Assembly (NCBI RefSeq): GCF_009914755.1 | Contig: NC_060946.1 | Length of the DNA: 64,000 nucleotides | Source of the DNA: the human T2T-CHM13v2.0 reference genome, Homo sapiens | Strand: one strand, 5' to 3' | In this document: piece after piece, positions 60,311 to 64,000 of the stretch | Layout of the letters: each line of letters begins with the position of its first letter | Position numbering within the stretch: the first letter of the stretch is position 1 | Notes under the pieces: generated by a model | The model's input: the letters and a program-made list of their open reading frames with translations, nothing else | Database searches by the model: none | What the model was told of the DNA's origin: nothing | Translations under genes and position numbers: made by a program

Positions 60311-61577
60311 CTTATTTATTGATTCTTAATTACACGCATTTCATCTACTCTTGACTTTTTTTTTACTGTAGTAGATGCTGCATGTGGCATTGAAAAAACA
60401 AAATATGGAACCTTTTTTTGAAGACCAAAATGTTGATAAGGTAAATGAAGATGTGGTTAAAAGCCAACATAGAATAATCAGAGTCGAGTCCTGTTCACCA
60501 ACTCACTCTTATCTGTTAATGATCTCTAGTTTTACAATGGTAAATTGTTTTATTTGGAAAATATTTTTCCCATGCTTTATTCACTTGCCATCTCCCTGTC
60601 TTTATAACGATGACAAGGATCCTATAAAGGAATGGAAGTTCTCCAGGTAATAATAGAAAAGAAGTGTAACAACAAGGGAAATATATGCATGGGACCAGGA
60701 TTCCTAAAAGGTCATGGGAGTAAATGATTGTTAGGTTTGCCATTAGGGAAGGAAAGAAGTAGAAAGCAACCTGAAAGAACAGCTCCACAAATACAAAGGT
60801 GAAGAGGGGAAAGAAGTAAGAATACAGAGTTGAATAAGAGTGTCAAGATGACAAAGATTAGTATAAAACACCTCAAAAACGGTGAATTTAAATGACAGTA
60901 GAATGTCTCCATATCATATTATAGAATTATTTTAAATATAGATTAGGAAAAGAAAGCCAAGTAATTAAAATAATGCTCAGATTCTTCTGAGTGACTTAAG
61001 GGTGATTTTAATAAAGGATTGGAAGAAAATTTATGGGTGACTATATTTAACATTCTGTTTAACATTTAAAAATAGCCAGGAGAGAATAACTTGAATATTT
61101 CTAGTTTAAATAAAACATACATATTTAAGGTAATGTGTATCTCTGTTACCCTCATTAGATTATATAGATGGAACAAATCATCACACGTACACTGAAAATA
61201 TATGCATCTATTTATTAATTTAAAAATTCTAAATGGAAAGAAAATTTAATCCTAACTTTTTAAAATTTCAGTAAAGTGATGTCTCATATTTTATCTAGTG
61301 AATATTGTGTTCATAGATCATGCAAAGTAAAATGTGTTTTAGGCTATATCAGATTTTGAATGAATCATTAATTTTTGACTCCTGTTAAAAGTTTTTTAAA
61401 GTAATATTTGGTATATTCCCAAGTTGCTTAACTAATTTATTTCACTTTTACATCATCTTGGCAGCTGTTTTAGCCTTTTTTTGATAATAGAGAAAATAAA
61501 TAAGTAATTAAATAATAGAAAATAAAAAATAATAAAAATTAATAAAAAAATTAATAAAAATTAAAATTTCTGGTTAA

Positions 61578-61870
61578 TTTTTTTTTTTTGAGAGGGAGTA
61601 TCGCTCTGTCGCCCAGGCTGGAGGGTGGTGGGTGATCTCGGCTCACTGTAAGGTCCACCTCCCGGGTTCATGCCATTCTCCTGCCTCAACCTCATGAGTA
61701 GCTGGGACTATAGGTGCCCGCCATCACGCCCGGCTAATTTTTAAATATTTTTAGCGGAGACGGGGTTTCACTGTGTTAGCCAGGATGGTCTCGATCTCCT
61801 AACCTCATGATCTGCCTGCCTCGGCCTCCCAAAGTGCTGGGATTACAGGCGTGAGCCACCACACCTAGCC
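61578..61870 (-). mobile_element. AluY-like element with 13-bp TSD
   Basis: Y-type motifs (gggttcatgccattctcc, gtgttagccaggatggtctcgatctcc); TSD atttctggttaat at 61566-61578 and 61871-61883. Confidence 0.9.
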
Positions 61871-64000
61871 ATTTCTGGTTAATATTAAAGGAGGTTTCTA
61901 ATTTATGTTCATTGAATGAGAAAAAATATCTTTTTAACCTGGAACCCTCTTAAAGAAATAAATTATTACTTATTTCTGGAGCTAGTCTGACTGACCTTGT
62001 GCTGATAACCTCTGTACTTAAGAACATACATGTGATGAATGCAGTCAACACTCATGATTGTTTTCTAAACAAAGTACCTATTTTGATAGAATCGTAAGGA
62101 AAGAAATATTGCCAACAGTACACAGAATTATCTCTGGAATATTACTTTTTACTTTTAAAACTATCTCCTGCAGTTGGGACGTTTTTTATTATTCTCTGGA
62201 AGCATTATTAACTTTAGTATTTATAGTTATACCTTGCACATAAATTTATTCAGCTCTAAAACTCAGGAATCCTTTTGACTTGATGTTTAAAATAAATTTC
62301 TTCTCTCTTCATGTGAGTATTGAGTCATGAGTGACAGGCATAGTGTATTTGAAGACAAGTAAGTCTTCAGCTTGCATAGTCATATGATTATTTTACTTGA
62401 TCCTTTCTCTGATTTTTAACTATTATCTTTATGGCATAAGTAGGCAATTAGAGCTATTAGTATATCATTTCAGGAGAATCAGAAAACCATATGAACTTTA
62501 AAATAGATTTTGCATTTCTCTCTTATATGTTAGAAGTACTTAAAATGCCTTATAATTCTATAATAGAATAAACATTTGTGCAAGTTAAAAACTTTTAAGA
62601 TGATTTTTTGAAAATGAGCTTTCTTAGGACACCTTGACTTACTGGTTTAGATAACTGTTTTCATTAAGTTCAAAAATGCAGATGACCATAATATTCCAGA
62701 AATAAATATCTGCATACATTTAGAAAATATATTTTATATCTTTTAATCCAGTATAGAAATATATAATTGAAATTTTGAATCCCATGTTTTGTTTTCTTTT
62801 TATTTTCAAAACTTCAGGGTTCTACATAGGTTTAAATTATTGAATCCTACCAGTTTAGTATATTTTACAAATGTTGACCTTCTCAACAACATATGGTTTT
62901 TTTGAGTAAGGTCATCTATTTCTACTCCAAATGTATTTACCCAGATCAGTCTTCTAAGTCCCCTTTGTGCCTCAAATTTAACAGGTCTCAAACTGCCTTC
63001 CAGATTCTTTCCTGACTCTTTGTAATCCATGCTGTCATCTCACTTCCCAATTTTAGTAAATAACACCAAGAAGGTAGCAATGAAACATTGAAGCAGAAAA
63101 ACTGCACTCCAGGTTTCCCTCACATAGCCAATCCAGTGACTCACCAATTTTTGTATTTTCTACCTTTAACCATTTCTCATATCTTATTACTGTAATACAC
63201 TGTCGGCCCTATACTTTTGGAATGTTCGTTTTTGTTTCTTTCTTCTCCCCATGTTTATCTATCTATATATGTCTTTCAGGGTGACCTTTCTTAAACATGT
63301 TTACTTTGATCTAAGTCATCTGTTTATGGCTGGACCCTCATTACATGAAACAAACATTTACATTCTAGCATAACACTTATTTTGTGGTTTGGCCTGTTTC
63401 TCCCATTTTATCTCTCCACTCCACTTTCTCTGTCTGTGTCCAAGTTTTACCACGTTATTGTGGTATTTCTTATTGGCTATGCTGTTTCATGCTTTATTTT
63501 TTTGCACATGCTGCCCTCACTAGAAACACTTCACACTCTTACTCTTCCCTTTTCTATTTTAAAAATAGAACCCTAAATTTGCAGTTTCTCAGAAGCTTCC
63601 CAAGTAGAATTAAGTGTTATTGCCTTTGTGCTATCACTGTATTTTATTGACTTGAATTGTAGAAATAATGAATTGTGTCTTTCTGCTTTTGTTTGTTTTT
63701 ATAAATTTCTTTTTTCACTTGATAAATAAATAAAATTGGTATTTTATTCATATTATCAGATTTTCCAGTATAGATCTTATGAATTTATAGACACGGAAAA
63801 TGTTTCTTGAATTACTGACTGATTAAGTAGTAAATATGACATTTTCTGAAGATTTCTTTTTTTTTTTAAATAGGAAAGAAAAGCACTACCAGCAACTGGA
63901 CAAAAAGCAAATGGTATTGGTATTATAAAAAGTGCTCCATGAGAGCAATCAAATAATGATAATGTTGTATTTTGTGTACAATAAAAGATGGTGAGGTAGT

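Overview
Human/great-ape-type pericentromeric (acrocentric short arm or Yq12-like) mosaic with no intact protein-coding gene. Left to right: (1) 1-15.4 kb, Alu/L1M/LTR-rich euchromatin-like sequence; (2) the 3' part of a processed CTBP2 pseudogene (minus strand, 15.45-16.87 kb) abutting a 3.6-kb young L1PA element that has lost its 5' end; (3) about 8.4 kb of 68-bp beta satellite; (4) about 7.8 kb of a composite satellite in which ~26 Alu 3'-end fragments (~55 bp) alternate with variable GGAAT/GGAGT tracts, with the fragments cycling through five sequence variants; (5) about 3.5 kb of classical HSat3 (GGAAT)n; (6) an (AT)n(AC)n tract and a twin-primed (5'-inverted) L1 lacking its 3' end; (7) from ~41.8 kb to the end, a 5'-truncated unprocessed ANKRD36-family pseudogene (+ strand, 12 recognisable exons, one nonsense codon, one frameshift) with 1.88-kb and ~5.4-6-kb internal duplications. 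Nearly all ORFs in the track are repeat artefacts. The most interesting structure is the Alu-HSat3 composite with higher-order order. I cannot confirm novelty, species or chromosome without database searches. Repeat boundaries are approximate and family assignments rest on remembered consensus sequences.
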